Positions 1 to 9,817 of a stretch of DNA of 64,000 nt are shown piece after piece. A program made the translations under genes and the position numbers. Below the pieces are notes generated by a model. That model was not told the DNA's origin. It searched no databases and saw only the letters and a list, made by a program, of their open reading frames with translations. Position 1 is the first letter of the stretch. The number at the start of each line of letters is the position of its first letter. This stretch comes from Patescibacteria group bacterium (GTDB taxonomy: Bacteria > Patescibacteriota > Microgenomatia > 2-02-FULL-39-11): the NCBI GenBank assembly GCA_023379265.1, contig JAMCUI010000004.1, forward strand, positions 73,273-137,272, read 5' to 3'.

Positions 1-41
1 AAGTTAGGTTAAAATTTCAAACAAATGCTTATAAATTCTGG

Positions 42-641
42 TTAAAAAGGGATATCGTCAGGAGTTATATCTTCACTGACCGGTGACTCTGTTTCTTCAC
101 TCTTTGCCTCATCTTTTTTCTCTGCCGGCTTTACTCCTTTTTTCCCTTTTCCTCCGGTCCCTGCGGTATCACTCTGTGTCGATTTTATGTCGCTACCTGG
201 CTTTGATCCGGTTGGAACAGCCACACCGCTTGGTGAATCAGCCGGTTCCGCTTCGACTGCTTCATTTCTGCCTCCACCCATCTCGTCTTCCTCTTTTACT
301 ACTTTCTTGGAGTCAAGAATTATCATGTCTTCAATGACTATCTCGGTTGATGTATGCTGTACCCCATCCTGTCCTGCCCAAGAATGTGTCGCCAGTCTGC
401 CTTCCACGTACACTTTCCTCCCTTTGGCCAGAAGCTGGGAACAAAGTTCTCCCAATTTGTTCCATGCGACAATCCGGTGGAACTCTGTCTCTTCTTTAGT
501 CTCGCCTGACTGGGTAGTCCATGACCTGTTGGTTGCCAAACCAAAAGTACATACTGCCGTGCCCGCTGGCGTATAGCGGAGTTCCGGATCCCGCGTCAGA
601 TTTCCTATCAGTATGACCTTGTTCAACGATCTGCTTGACAT
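42..641 (-). CDS. ssb: single-stranded DNA-binding protein with long acidic/Gly-rich C-terminal tail ending DIPF
   Basis: N-terminal OB-fold motifs (VILIGNLTRDPELRYTPAGTAVCTFGLATN...FHRIVAWNKLGE) and C-terminal DDIPF tail typical of SSB. Confidence 0.85.
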   Translation of the reverse strand: MSSRSLNKVILIGNLTRDPELRYTPAGTAVCTFGLATNRSWTTQSGETKEETEFHRIVAWNKLGELCSQLLAKGRKVYVEGRLATHSWAGQDGVQHTSTEIVIEDMIILDSKKVVKEEDEMGGGRNEAVEAEPADSPSGVAVPTGSKPGSDIKSTQSDTAGTGGKGKKGVKPAEKKDEAKSEETESPVSEDITPDDIPF

Positions 642-698
642 ATTTCATCCTCCTCGTGTCGCCAGAAATTCTACCCGGCATTCCATTCCAACGAATGT

Positions 699-1019
699 TT
701 ATTTATCCTTTTTTTCTTTGGCTTTCTTTTTTTGTTCGGGCGGTCTGACAAATAAATAACGCAGGATTGCCTCATTCAGCTTGAACTTTTCCTTTAGTCC
801 TAGAATCTTATCTCCATCTGCTTCCATATCCAAAAGCAAATATTTTCCTTCCTTCTCTTTTTTTATAGGGTAAGATAACTCTCGCTTGCCCCATTCTGTG
901 GTTTTTGTCACTTTGCCTGAAGAGGAAATGATTTTGCCGATTTCCTCTAAAGTCTTTTTTACTTTTTCATCTGCCACAGAAATACGGAATATCAGTGTCA
1001 ATTCATACTTTCTTAGCAT
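699..1019 (-). CDS. rpsF: 30S ribosomal protein S6
   Basis: MLRKYELTLIF... pattern and size typical of S6; located immediately upstream of ssb as in the rpsF-ssb-rpsR arrangement. Confidence 0.8.
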   Translation of the reverse strand: MLRKYELTLIFRISVADEKVKKTLEEIGKIISSSGKVTKTTEWGKRELSYPIKKEKEGKYLLLDMEADGDKILGLKEKFKLNEAILRYLFVRPPEQKKKAKEKKDK

Positions 1020-1100
1020 GGCGATAGTATACCAGATACAGCTAAAAAATAAAATAGGAAAATGAAAGTGAGTTGATGGTAGCTGTTAATTTTTGGGTAA

Positions 1101-2681
1101 TTATGCTTTTTTCTTTACCGCTTCGCCTTCCGGCGTATCTTCAACTATATATCCCATATTTTCTATTTCTTTTCTCAGTTTATCTGAATCTGCAAATTTC
1201 TTTTCCTCTCTAAACGTTGCCCTTTTCTCCACGAGCTCCTGAATTTCCCTGGGAATCTCAACCTCCTTATCAACCGCAGATCCTAAACCCAAACCCAACA
1301 CGTTATCAAAATCTAAAAGCAGCCCGTATTTCTCACTTTTTCGTATACCGCTTTTCAGCGTATCCCAGACAACTGCCAGTGCTTTGGACATATTCAAATC
1401 ATCGTTCACTGCCCCGATAAATTCACTCTTTAACCTGCCTGCTTCTTCTCTTGTAACTTCCCGGCTTTCCGACTCTTGTCCCGATTGTCCTTTCAACTGT
1501 GTCACCTGGATATACAGATTTTTGAGAGCCGTCTGTGCCGCATCTAGTGCCTTCCATGTAAAATTCATCAAGGATCGGTAATTGGCAGTAAGGAATAAAT
1601 ATCTCAGGGAAAGAAGTTCGTATCCCTTGTCCTCAATGTCTTTCAAACGGTAAAAATTACCCAATGATTTGCTCATTTTCTCACCTTCAACAAGAAGATG
1701 TTGTCCGTGCAACCAGTAGTTTACAAACCTTTTACCGCTTGCTGCCTCGCTTTGGGCTATCTCATTGGTATGATGTATCTGAATATGGTCAACCCCTCCG
1801 GTATGCATGTCAAATGTCTCACCCAATATATTCATACTCATTGCCGAACACTCGATATGCCAGCCGGGGAACCCAATTGTTCGCCCATAATCATCTCTAT
1901 CTTTCTTTTTTATTTTACCTATCGCTTGCATCCTGTCTAATTCCAACCATTGATCTCGCTTATACAACTGTCCCTTAAATGGTCCATCAAACCACCATTC
2001 CATTTGTCGTCTTCCAAACAAACTACCAAAATCATCGGTATCTTGATGAGCATATTCGACACTAAACTTCCATAGGACAAAGTCAGTCACGTTTCTTTTA
2101 CCCTCTACCATTTCTATTCTTGCTCCCGCTCTTAAAGCTTTTTGCATCTGGTCAAAAGACATACCGGTAAGGACTCCGTATGATGGAAATTTTGAAGTAT
2201 CAAAATAAATCCCGTCATCCAATCTATACGTAAATCCTTTCTCCTCTAATCTTTTTACCAATTCAATCATTTCGTTTATATATTCTGTAGCCACTGTGAT
2301 AAACTCCGGTTTTTGGATATTCAGTTTCTTTAACATCAGGAAGAAATCGTCTGTATAAAATTTAGCTATTTCCCAAACCGTTTTTTTCTCGCTGAGTGCA
2401 TCTTTCCCGCTTCGCCGCGAGGCGAGTTCCATCTTATCTTCTCCGGTATCGCCGTCAGAAGTCAGATGTCCCACGTCAGTGATATTCATCACCCGTTTTA
2501 CTTTATAACCGTTCAACTCCAAAACCCTCTGTAGAATATCAGCGAAAATATAAGTCCGGGCATGCCCTATATGGGCATAGTCATATACAGTCGGCCCGCA
2601 GGAATAGTATCCGACCTCCCCCGATTTAATCGGTTTGAATTCTTCAATTTTCCGTGTTAGTGAATTGTATAAACGCAGCAT
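1101..2681 (-). CDS. cysS: cysteinyl-tRNA synthetase
   Basis: Class I aaRS HIGH (HIGHARTY) and KMSKS motifs; CysRS-like Cys-binding N-terminus (YSCGPTVYD). Confidence 0.9.
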   Translation of the reverse strand: MLRLYNSLTRKIEEFKPIKSGEVGYYSCGPTVYDYAHIGHARTYIFADILQRVLELNGYKVKRVMNITDVGHLTSDGDTGEDKMELASRRSGKDALSEKKTVWEIAKFYTDDFFLMLKKLNIQKPEFITVATEYINEMIELVKRLEEKGFTYRLDDGIYFDTSKFPSYGVLTGMSFDQMQKALRAGARIEMVEGKRNVTDFVLWKFSVEYAHQDTDDFGSLFGRRQMEWWFDGPFKGQLYKRDQWLELDRMQAIGKIKKKDRDDYGRTIGFPGWHIECSAMSMNILGETFDMHTGGVDHIQIHHTNEIAQSEAASGKRFVNYWLHGQHLLVEGEKMSKSLGNFYRLKDIEDKGYELLSLRYLFLTANYRSLMNFTWKALDAAQTALKNLYIQVTQLKGQSGQESESREVTREEAGRLKSEFIGAVNDDLNMSKALAVVWDTLKSGIRKSEKYGLLLDFDNVLGLGLGSAVDKEVEIPREIQELVEKRATFREEKKFADSDKLRKEIENMGYIVEDTPEGEAVKKKA

Positions 2682-2687
2682 AAAAAA

Positions 2688-3197
2688 TTATCCCACCTTT
2701 GTATCTTTTGATAATCCCTCAAATCCTTTTCCTCCAGACTTCCTTTTACCAAAAAGCATTCCCCGCGGCTGTTTCCCGGATGGGGCGGGCATGGATGACC
2801 GCTGTTTTTTTTGAGCTTCCACCTGTGCTGCTTTCTTTTTTTCTTCTTCCTGGACGGTCAGCTCATAAGGCCGCAACTCTTTCTCTTTTGGTGGCAATCT
2901 CATATGTGCTGGCAAACCGCCCGCCGCCTGCAGGAGTTTCCTTGCCTCCTCAATTTTCTTCTCATCCTCAGTCTTAAACTCCCCCTCTTTTTCTTTCAGC
3001 TTATCACCTGTCAGACTGGGATCTCCTAGATTTTTCAGGTAATCACCCATCGTGTTTTCTGATTGCTTCTGTTTTCCCAGTGCCTGTTCCAAAAGCGCCC
3101 CGGGACTGACAGTATCGGCTATCTGTTTTGCCGACTCTTTTACCGCCTCAAATCCTCCTCCAATGATTTTACCTATAATTTTCTTTGCCTTCCCCAT
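2688..3197 (-). CDS. hypothetical Lys/Glu-rich protein
   Basis: Intact 169-aa ORF, low complexity, no recognisable motif. Confidence 0.35.
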   Translation of the reverse strand: MGKAKKIIGKIIGGGFEAVKESAKQIADTVSPGALLEQALGKQKQSENTMGDYLKNLGDPSLTGDKLKEKEGEFKTEDEKKIEEARKLLQAAGGLPAHMRLPPKEKELRPYELTVQEEEKKKAAQVEAQKKQRSSMPAPSGKQPRGMLFGKRKSGGKGFEGLSKDTKVG

Positions 3198-3260
3198 AAT
3201 TTCTACATTCTACTTACTACCTACTACTTTCTAAATACTTCTAAGACTTCACGCTTTACG

Positions 3261-3563
3261 CTAAAAGAATCCCAATTTCACCCTTGCTTCTTTACTCATC
3301 TTTTCAGGTGTCCAAGGCGGGTCGAAAGTTAGCTCCACAGTGACATCCTTTACGCCTTTTACCTTGCTAAGCTCCATACGTACCGGGTCGGCTATAAGGT
3401 CAAAAAGAGGACAACCCATGGTAGTCAAAGTCATCACCACTTCCACATTTCCATTTTTATCGGCTTTGACATCATAAACCAAACCCAGATCCACAATTGA
3501 AATACCCAGCTCCGGGTCCGGTATATTTTTCAGTTTTTCCAGAAGCGATTTTTTGGATAACAT
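3261..3563 (-). CDS. DUF59/MIP18-family Fe-S cluster assembly protein (SufT-like)
   Basis: ~100 aa; conserved DPELGISIVDLGLVY ... MTLTTMGCP motif of DUF59. Confidence 0.7.
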   Translation of the reverse strand: MLSKKSLLEKLKNIPDPELGISIVDLGLVYDVKADKNGNVEVVMTLTTMGCPLFDLIADPVRMELSKVKGVKDVTVELTFDPPWTPEKMSKEARVKLGFF

Positions 3564-3577
3564 ATTATTTAGGGCTG

Positions 3578-3956
3578 ACTAATATTCCTGCCGGCCTTCA
3601 AGCGATCTGGACAAAGTTACTTCATCAGCATATTCCAAATCCCCTCCTACAGTACTAATATTCCTGCCGGCCTTCAAGCGATCTGGACAAAGTTACTTCA
3701 TCAGCATATTCCAAATCCCCTCCTACAGTACTAATATTCCTGCCGGCCTTCAAGCGATCTGGACAAAGTTACTTCATCAGCATATTCCAAATCCCCTCCT
3801 ACAGTACTAATATTCCTGCCGGCCTTCAAGCGATCTGGACAAAGTTACTTCATCAGCATATTCCAAATCCCCTCCTACAGTACTAATATTCCTGCCGGCC
3901 TTCAAGCGATCTGGACAAAGTTACTTCATCAGCATATTCCAAATCCCCTCCTACAG
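3578..3956. repeat. Tandem direct repeat, 76-bp unit x 5 (first copy slightly degenerate at its 5' base). Each unit is the 3' end of recR (codons GGDLEYADEVTLSRSLEGRQEY + TAG + 7 nt).
   Basis: Exact period of 76 measured between successive aatattcctgccggcc occurrences (3581, 3657, 3733, 3809, 3885). The unit reverse-complement translates to the recR C-terminus. Confidence 0.95.
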
Positions 3957-4506
3957 GCAGCCCGTGAGCCAATCTTGTCATTTTTAACTCATTTAGATTT
4001 GAGTTTTGAGCTTTCAGAATTGAGACTTCACGTCTGATATACATAGCCGTAGCCTCTCCTTCCACATTAGGGTTGGTTGCCAGTATCACTTCCTTTATTT
4101 TACCCGATTTTACCCGCCTCAGAAGCTCGGCTATCTTTATCTCATCAGGACCGATATTGTTTAGCGGGTTTATCGCTCCATGAAGCACATGATAGATACC
4201 CCTGTACTTTCCTGTGCGCTCAAGCGAAAGGATGTCTATGGGTTGTTCTACCACACAGACTATTGATTCATCCCTATCCAGGCTGGCACACACTACACAC
4301 GGATCACTCTCACCTATATTAAAACATTTGGAACAGTAGACGGTTTTATTTTTGAGATTTTTGAGGGAATCGGAAAATTCATCCAGTTCCTCCTGCGGCA
4401 CATGAAGAAGATAAAAAGTCAGCCGGCTGGCGGTTTTTGGACCGATACCGGGCAACCTTTCAAATGCTTCAATAAGTTTTTCAACAGATCTGGGAAGAAT
4501 TTTCAT
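3883..4506 (-). CDS. recR: recombination protein RecR
   Basis: HhH motif (LPGIGPKTASRL), C4 zinc finger (CSKCFN...CVVC), Toprim domain (VCVVEQPIDILSLE); ~200 aa. Confidence 0.9.
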   Translation of the reverse strand: MKILPRSVEKLIEAFERLPGIGPKTASRLTFYLLHVPQEELDEFSDSLKNLKNKTVYCSKCFNIGESDPCVVCASLDRDESIVCVVEQPIDILSLERTGKYRGIYHVLHGAINPLNNIGPDEIKIAELLRRVKSGKIKEVILATNPNVEGEATAMYIRREVSILKAQNSNLNELKMTRLAHGLPVGGDLEYADEVTLSRSLEGRQEY

Positions 4507-4510
4507 TCAC

Positions 4511-5491
4511 TCATTTTATCATCTTTTTTATACCCGAGGCTATTGTGGCTGCAATGGAGAAAACCTTCAGTTTAGGAAACTTGCGGTCAGGAGGAATTAT
4601 TATACTATCCGTTACCCAAACCGCGTCCAAAGGACTGTCCTGGAGTATCTTGTCAGCCCCGCCGACAAAATCAGCGTGCGTGGCTACAGCAATCACTTTT
4701 CTGGCGCCTTTTTCCTTCAAAAGATATGCCGCGTTCACCAGTGTCCCGCCTGTGACAATAACATCATCAACAATGATAGCCGTCTTGTCCTTCACTTCCC
4801 CTACTACTCGCATAGAGAGAATTGTATGCGGACGGTCCAGATCTCTTTTCTTTTCGATTAAAGCAAGCGGCAAATCCAGATGTTCGGCAAACTTCTGTGC
4901 GCGCTTTAGCGCTCCTGCGTCCGGTGTGATAACTACTACCTCATCTTTTATTTTCTCAACTTCCGTCTGGAATACCGACAATCCGGAAACGTGTGTTACC
5001 GGGATTTCAAAAAAACCAAGTATCGCCTCATTGTGAAGTTCGACAGTTACCAGTTTATCATAGCCTACTGATTCAATTAGCTTTGCCACCACATGGGCCG
5101 AGAGGCTTTCTCCCGTACGGTGTAGCCTATCCTGTCTGGCATATCCGTGATATGGCAAAACCGCAATCACTTTCCTTGCCTCTCCCCTTTTGACGGCATC
5201 CCCCAAAAGAAGAAACTCCATCAGGTTTTCGTCAACGGGATTGGAAAGCGACTGGATGATAAAAACATCTTTTCCCTCAACATCTTCCTCGATCCTGACG
5301 CGGCATTCAGAGTCTGCAAACCTGATAATCTCCACTTTCCCAAGTGGAAGTTTTGCTTCTCCGGCTATTTCTTTAGCCAGGGATAAATTGGAATTCCCCG
5401 AAAAAATTACGGATTGCATAAAGCCAAATACATACCTATTATCTTTTTTTTTATTAAAATATGCAACTACCATCTGTATTTCATTTGACAA
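4511..5491 (-). CDS. prs: ribose-phosphate pyrophosphokinase (PRPP synthetase)
   Basis: PRPP-binding loop DDVIVTGGTL and Prs-like N-terminal half; 326 aa. Confidence 0.85.
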   Translation of the reverse strand: MSNEIQMVVAYFNKKKDNRYVFGFMQSVIFSGNSNLSLAKEIAGEAKLPLGKVEIIRFADSECRVRIEEDVEGKDVFIIQSLSNPVDENLMEFLLLGDAVKRGEARKVIAVLPYHGYARQDRLHRTGESLSAHVVAKLIESVGYDKLVTVELHNEAILGFFEIPVTHVSGLSVFQTEVEKIKDEVVVITPDAGALKRAQKFAEHLDLPLALIEKKRDLDRPHTILSMRVVGEVKDKTAIIVDDVIVTGGTLVNAAYLLKEKGARKVIAVATHADFVGGADKILQDSPLDAVWVTDSIIIPPDRKFPKLKVFSIAATIASGIKKMIK

Positions 5492-5522
5492 AACAAAAAA
5501 GTATGATAATGTATGATGAAAG

Positions 5523-7454
5523 ATGGGAAAAGAACAAGCTGATATAGATATTGGAGGTCAAAGCTATAGTCATATAGGACAATACTTTTTCCCTTCACCC
5601 CGTACAAATGACGGGATCCCTATGCACCCTCATGCGTTATCCACCCCCGATAATGGCTGGATTGAATATGCCGTACCAGTGGACAAAGTGGCTTCTGACA
5701 AACTGGCACTTCGAAAAGCTTCTGACGCATTTTTCTCCGAATGGTCATCGGAAAGCGGATTTAGTCCTGCAACCAAAAGAGCTGTTTTTAAGATTTTAAC
5801 AGGATTTGAGCCTCCTCAAAGGGATACTATTTTCAGAAGAAAGTCTGACTTTTCTCCTCAAGCCGCTTACGCATCTGTATCTGTCTTAAAACCTTCAACG
5901 GTTGTAAAAAAAGAAAAATCAGTATTTCAGCTTAAGGGTGATATAGAACCTGGCATGATGGACCATTGGCCTCCCCCTCCACCCGAAGCATACCTGGGAC
6001 AACTGATACGACTGGCAAAAAAAGACCCAAAGCACCCGCTCAAAAAAACCGTCATGGGAGGTGGCCTACTTCCTGAAGAAACGCTCTTTGACTTTTGGGA
6101 TTTACTCACTTCTGACGTTTTTGACGAAATCAGATCCTGGCAACCCCGTAATAAATTAGTGGACCGGGAAAGAGTCCTTGATAGTCTGCAATACGCAAGA
6201 GATGGTGCAGGAGGAGCACCGTCACTTCATGAAAAGATAGTCAGGTATTATTTAAGCCACCAGGATGCTAGAAGAATTGAGAAAGTACATGGAAAGAAAA
6301 ACTCGATTGATGCTGTATGGATGATGAACGGTTCGCAGGACGTACTGCATAGTATGTTAAAAACAATGGTTGAGTACAGAAGAGACAAACATAAACCTGC
6401 TGTTGTGGCAGTCACTGAATCGACCTACGCAGGAGTCTTGATGGCGGCACAGGAAATGATGGAGCGAAACGAGCTGAAATTCAGAATAGTGAAACAGGAC
6501 GAAGACGGTACTATAGATCTTGACGATCTTGACCAAGCACTCAGTACCGGTAACTGTGATTCATTTTACACCTCTGAAGGAAACCCGCTGCCTCTCCCCA
6601 TAGGAAACAAAAAAGAAATTGCAAATATGATTAGGAAAAAACATAAAAATATTATGGTATGGGAAGACAGGGCATATCGCGACCTTGGTTTGGACGACAA
6701 TAATACTTTTGGTAGATTTCTTCCCGACCAGACTGTAACAATAGAAACTACGTCAAAAAAACTTGCGCCAGGTATGCGTCTTGGCATTGTGCATACTGCA
6801 ATACGAAAAGACAAATGCAAAAGGTTGAGGCAAGCGATGCTCGGACCTGATTATAACCAGACATTGGGGCTGCCCGGGATGACCCAGATGATTATGGCAG
6901 GACTAATGATGGTAGATGAAAAAACGGGTAAATTCCGGCGGCATGTGGAAAGCGTTGCCAGAAATTATGAGAAGAGAAGAAAAATATACGCCCAGACATA
7001 TGAAGAAATGTTGAAAATTGCATATGGAGATAAATTTACTAAACTCACAGATTATGTACTTATTGGCGCAGGAATGTTTGGTTACAGAAAAGCTCCTGTT
7101 GATTCAGTAAAATACAGCGACGCCGGCGTGGAAATTGGCGTATTCTCACTACCTGGAACAGAATGTATCCCAGCGAAAAAATATTCTGCGGGTCCAAATC
7201 CCGAGAAATCAAAATATACCCGCTTTCTCAGGCAAAATTACTCCTTTGAGACACCAACTGCTTTGAAAATCGGTATAGCCAAAGATGTGGCACTCCAAGT
7301 TTTATTCGATAAAAGTATTTCCGGAGATTCAAAAGAACTCATTCTTAGAGAGCTTTTGGGGAAAGCAGAACAGTTTGGCGGCGAGAAAAGGCCTGAATTC
7401 GCAGACGTGATAAGAAAAGCAAAAACCTCAGGCTGGACTTGGCCTGCTGCTTAG
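5523..7454 (+). CDS. aminotransferase class I/II-fold PLP-dependent protein with ~300-aa N-terminal extension of unknown function (start uncertain)
   Basis: C-terminal half contains MVWEDRAYRDLG (D-x-x-Y) and TSKKLAPGMRLG (S-x-S-K...G-x-R-x-G PLP-lysine motif). Confidence 0.45.
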   Translation: MGKEQADIDIGGQSYSHIGQYFFPSPRTNDGIPMHPHALSTPDNGWIEYAVPVDKVASDKLALRKASDAFFSEWSSESGFSPATKRAVFKILTGFEPPQRDTIFRRKSDFSPQAAYASVSVLKPSTVVKKEKSVFQLKGDIEPGMMDHWPPPPPEAYLGQLIRLAKKDPKHPLKKTVMGGGLLPEETLFDFWDLLTSDVFDEIRSWQPRNKLVDRERVLDSLQYARDGAGGAPSLHEKIVRYYLSHQDARRIEKVHGKKNSIDAVWMMNGSQDVLHSMLKTMVEYRRDKHKPAVVAVTESTYAGVLMAAQEMMERNELKFRIVKQDEDGTIDLDDLDQALSTGNCDSFYTSEGNPLPLPIGNKKEIANMIRKKHKNIMVWEDRAYRDLGLDDNNTFGRFLPDQTVTIETTSKKLAPGMRLGIVHTAIRKDKCKRLRQAMLGPDYNQTLGLPGMTQMIMAGLMMVDEKTGKFRRHVESVARNYEKRRKIYAQTYEEMLKIAYGDKFTKLTDYVLIGAGMFGYRKAPVDSVKYSDAGVEIGVFSLPGTECIPAKKYSAGPNPEKSKYTRFLRQNYSFETPTALKIGIAKDVALQVLFDKSISGDSKELILRELLGKAEQFGGEKRPEFADVIRKAKTSGWTWPAA

Positions 7455-7464
7455 AAATAAGGAA

Positions 7465-8643
7465 TTATATTTTCGCTAAACCCTGTTTTAAGTCAGCAAT
7501 CAAATCCTTAATATCTTCGATACCCACTGAGAGTCTAATAAGTCCGTCAGACAGACCGATTTTTTCCCTCTCCTCTTTTGGCACAGACGCATGGGTCATT
7601 GAAGCCGGGTGCTCTATCAAAGATTCCACAACTCCCAAACTTTCGGCTACAGATATGAGCTTTAATGATTCGAGAAACTTTATTGACTGGGATAGTGTTG
7701 CCATAAGTTCAAATGATACCATTCCTCCAAATCCGCTCATCTGTTTTTTTGCAATATTGTACCCCGGATGAGTTGGTAAACCCGGATAATATACCTTTTT
7801 GACTTTTTTATGGCGGGAAAGGAATTCCACCACCTTCTTCGCGTTTTCCTCATGTTTTTGCATCCTAAGGGGCAAAGTCTTTATCCCCTTTAACACCTGG
7901 AAACTGTCAAACGGTGAAAGTATGGACCCTACAGCGTTTTGCAGGAACTTTATCCTGTTTGCCAAACCAGCGTCATTTACCACCGCACAACCGGCGATTA
8001 CATCACTATGTCCGCCGATATACTTGGTCATGGAATGGACTACAACATCTGCTCCCAAATCAAGAGGCTTCTGGAAATAAGGGGAAGCAAAAGTGTTATC
8101 TGTTACTGATAAAATTTTTTTAGCTTTTGTGGTCCTGCAGACGTCTTTTATATCGATAATTTTCAAAAGAGGGTTTGACGGTGATTCAAGCCAGACCATT
8201 TTCGTATTGTCCTTAAGATGTTTTTCCAGCTCTTTTCCACTGGCAAAACTGGCGAATGTAAACTCCAGCCCAAACTGTTCAAAGACCTGCACAAAAAGCC
8301 TTCTTGTCCCTCCGTATACGTCATCTATTGAAACCACGTGGTCGCCTTTTTTAAGGAGTAGCAAAACATTTGTTATGGCCGCAAGGCCTGAAGAAAAAGC
8401 AAAGGCATATCTTCCGTTTTCCAAAGATGCAAGATTCTTTTCCAAAGCATATCTGGTCGGATTGCCCGACCTGGAATATTCATATCCGGCCGTTGGCTCC
8501 CCTACTTTTCTTCTGGCAAAGGTTGTGGCAAGATGGATGGGAACTACCACGTCTCCACTCCCTCCCTTTTCCAGATTAGGTTCATTTCCGGTATGTATGG
8601 CACTCGTGCTAAATTTCATATTTATCTCCCTTATCTTTACCAT
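7465..8643 (-). CDS. Cys/Met-metabolism PLP-dependent enzyme (cystathionine gamma-lyase/beta-lyase/gamma-synthase family)
   Basis: Conserved HSMTKYIGGHSDVIAGC PLP-lysine region; ~390 aa typical of the family. Confidence 0.8.
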   Translation of the reverse strand: MVKIREINMKFSTSAIHTGNEPNLEKGGSGDVVVPIHLATTFARRKVGEPTAGYEYSRSGNPTRYALEKNLASLENGRYAFAFSSGLAAITNVLLLLKKGDHVVSIDDVYGGTRRLFVQVFEQFGLEFTFASFASGKELEKHLKDNTKMVWLESPSNPLLKIIDIKDVCRTTKAKKILSVTDNTFASPYFQKPLDLGADVVVHSMTKYIGGHSDVIAGCAVVNDAGLANRIKFLQNAVGSILSPFDSFQVLKGIKTLPLRMQKHEENAKKVVEFLSRHKKVKKVYYPGLPTHPGYNIAKKQMSGFGGMVSFELMATLSQSIKFLESLKLISVAESLGVVESLIEHPASMTHASVPKEEREKIGLSDGLIRLSVGIEDIKDLIADLKQGLAKI

Positions 8644-9607
8644 TAATAAAACCTTCTTTCATCAACCATTCGTCATTGTAGAATTTTGACAGGTAGTTGC
8701 GGCCGGAATCAGGAAATATCATTACCACCAGACCCCTTTTTAATCTTTTTGAGATCTTTATGGCAGCATAAAGAGCCATACCGGATGAACCTCCGGCCAG
8801 TATGCCTTCTCTTCGGGCTAAATTTCTGGCTGCCATAAATGCTTCTTTATCCCCCACTTTCAACACTTCATCAACTACGGAAAAATCCATTGTGCCTGGC
8901 AGAAAATCTTCTCCCACACCTTCCAGTTTATATGTTTTTAGTATATTGGGGATTTTTTTCCTCTTGAAATAATCAAAATAGACAGAACCTTTGGGATCAA
9001 CACCTACGATTTTTATTCTCTTATTCTTTTCTTTGAGGTATTTGCCTATCCCGCTTATTGTACCACCAGTTCCCATGGCTATTACCACATGCGTGACGCG
9101 TCCGTTCGTCTGTTTCCAGATTTCCGGGCCGGTAGTCTTATAGTGTGCCAATGGATTTGCTTCATTTTCATACTGATTTGGTTTAAAACCTTTTATCTCT
9201 TTTTCCAGCCTGTCGGATACTTTGTAATAACTCCTCTCATCCTCTGGGGAAACACCGGTCGGCGTCACGACTACTTTTGCTCCGTAAGATCTGAGCAGGT
9301 TTCTCTTTTCCTCGCTCATCTTATCGGGCATGACAAAAACAGATCTATAACCACGGATGGCAGCTATCTGGGCAAGTCCAACGCCGGTATTCCCGGAGGT
9401 AGGCTCGACAATTATCCCTCCCTTTTTCAGCTTTCCCTCTTTTTCTGCCCTGTCAACCATAAAAGGACCGACTCTATCCTTTATACTGCCTCCGGGATTT
9501 AAGAATTCAAGTTTGGCCAACATTAAAACATGTGGATTTGGATTAAGTTTATTAATTTTCACAAGAGGCGTATTGCCAATGACCTCTAAAATATTGTTGT
9601 AATACAT
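8609..9607 (-). CDS. cysteine synthase / cystathionine beta-synthase-like PLP enzyme (CysK family, no CBS domains)
   Basis: GNTPLV..., NPGGSIKDR, EPTSGNTGVGLA motifs of the tryptophan-synthase beta superfamily; overlaps preceding lyase gene (operon). Confidence 0.8.
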   Translation of the reverse strand: MYYNNILEVIGNTPLVKINKLNPNPHVLMLAKLEFLNPGGSIKDRVGPFMVDRAEKEGKLKKGGIIVEPTSGNTGVGLAQIAAIRGYRSVFVMPDKMSEEKRNLLRSYGAKVVVTPTGVSPEDERSYYKVSDRLEKEIKGFKPNQYENEANPLAHYKTTGPEIWKQTNGRVTHVVIAMGTGGTISGIGKYLKEKNKRIKIVGVDPKGSVYFDYFKRKKIPNILKTYKLEGVGEDFLPGTMDFSVVDEVLKVGDKEAFMAARNLARREGILAGGSSGMALYAAIKISKRLKRGLVVMIFPDSGRNYLSKFYNDEWLMKEGFINGKDKGDKYEI

Positions 9608-9614
9608 AAAAAAA

Positions 9615-9634
9615 ACCTCCCTTTTGGGGGAGGT
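9615..9634 (-). promoter_or_regulatory. Hairpin (acctccc/gggaggt) immediately followed by U-run and the AUG of the CysK-like gene. Its 3' arm is the GGGAGG Shine-Dalgarno.
   Basis: Read directly; a similar hairpin recurs at 9674-9698. Confidence 0.4.
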
Positions 9635-9817
9635 CGTACTTCTAAAATTTATAATTCTACTTCACTAACAGACGTACCTCCCCTTTTTTGGCGAGGTACA
9701 ACAACAAACTAAATTTATAAATCTGACAGTCATAATCTGCTATATTAATAAACTTTTTTCTCCAAGTCAAATTCTTCTATAAATTTTGCCACTTTCTAAA
9801 CTTTAAGAACCTTACGG

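Noticed and set aside
3578-3956. 76-bp repeat array considered as CRISPR, or as coding repeats extending recR
   Set aside because: There are no spacers. The unit length is not a multiple of 3, and each unit contains the recR stop codon, so the downstream copies cannot be translated as part of recR.
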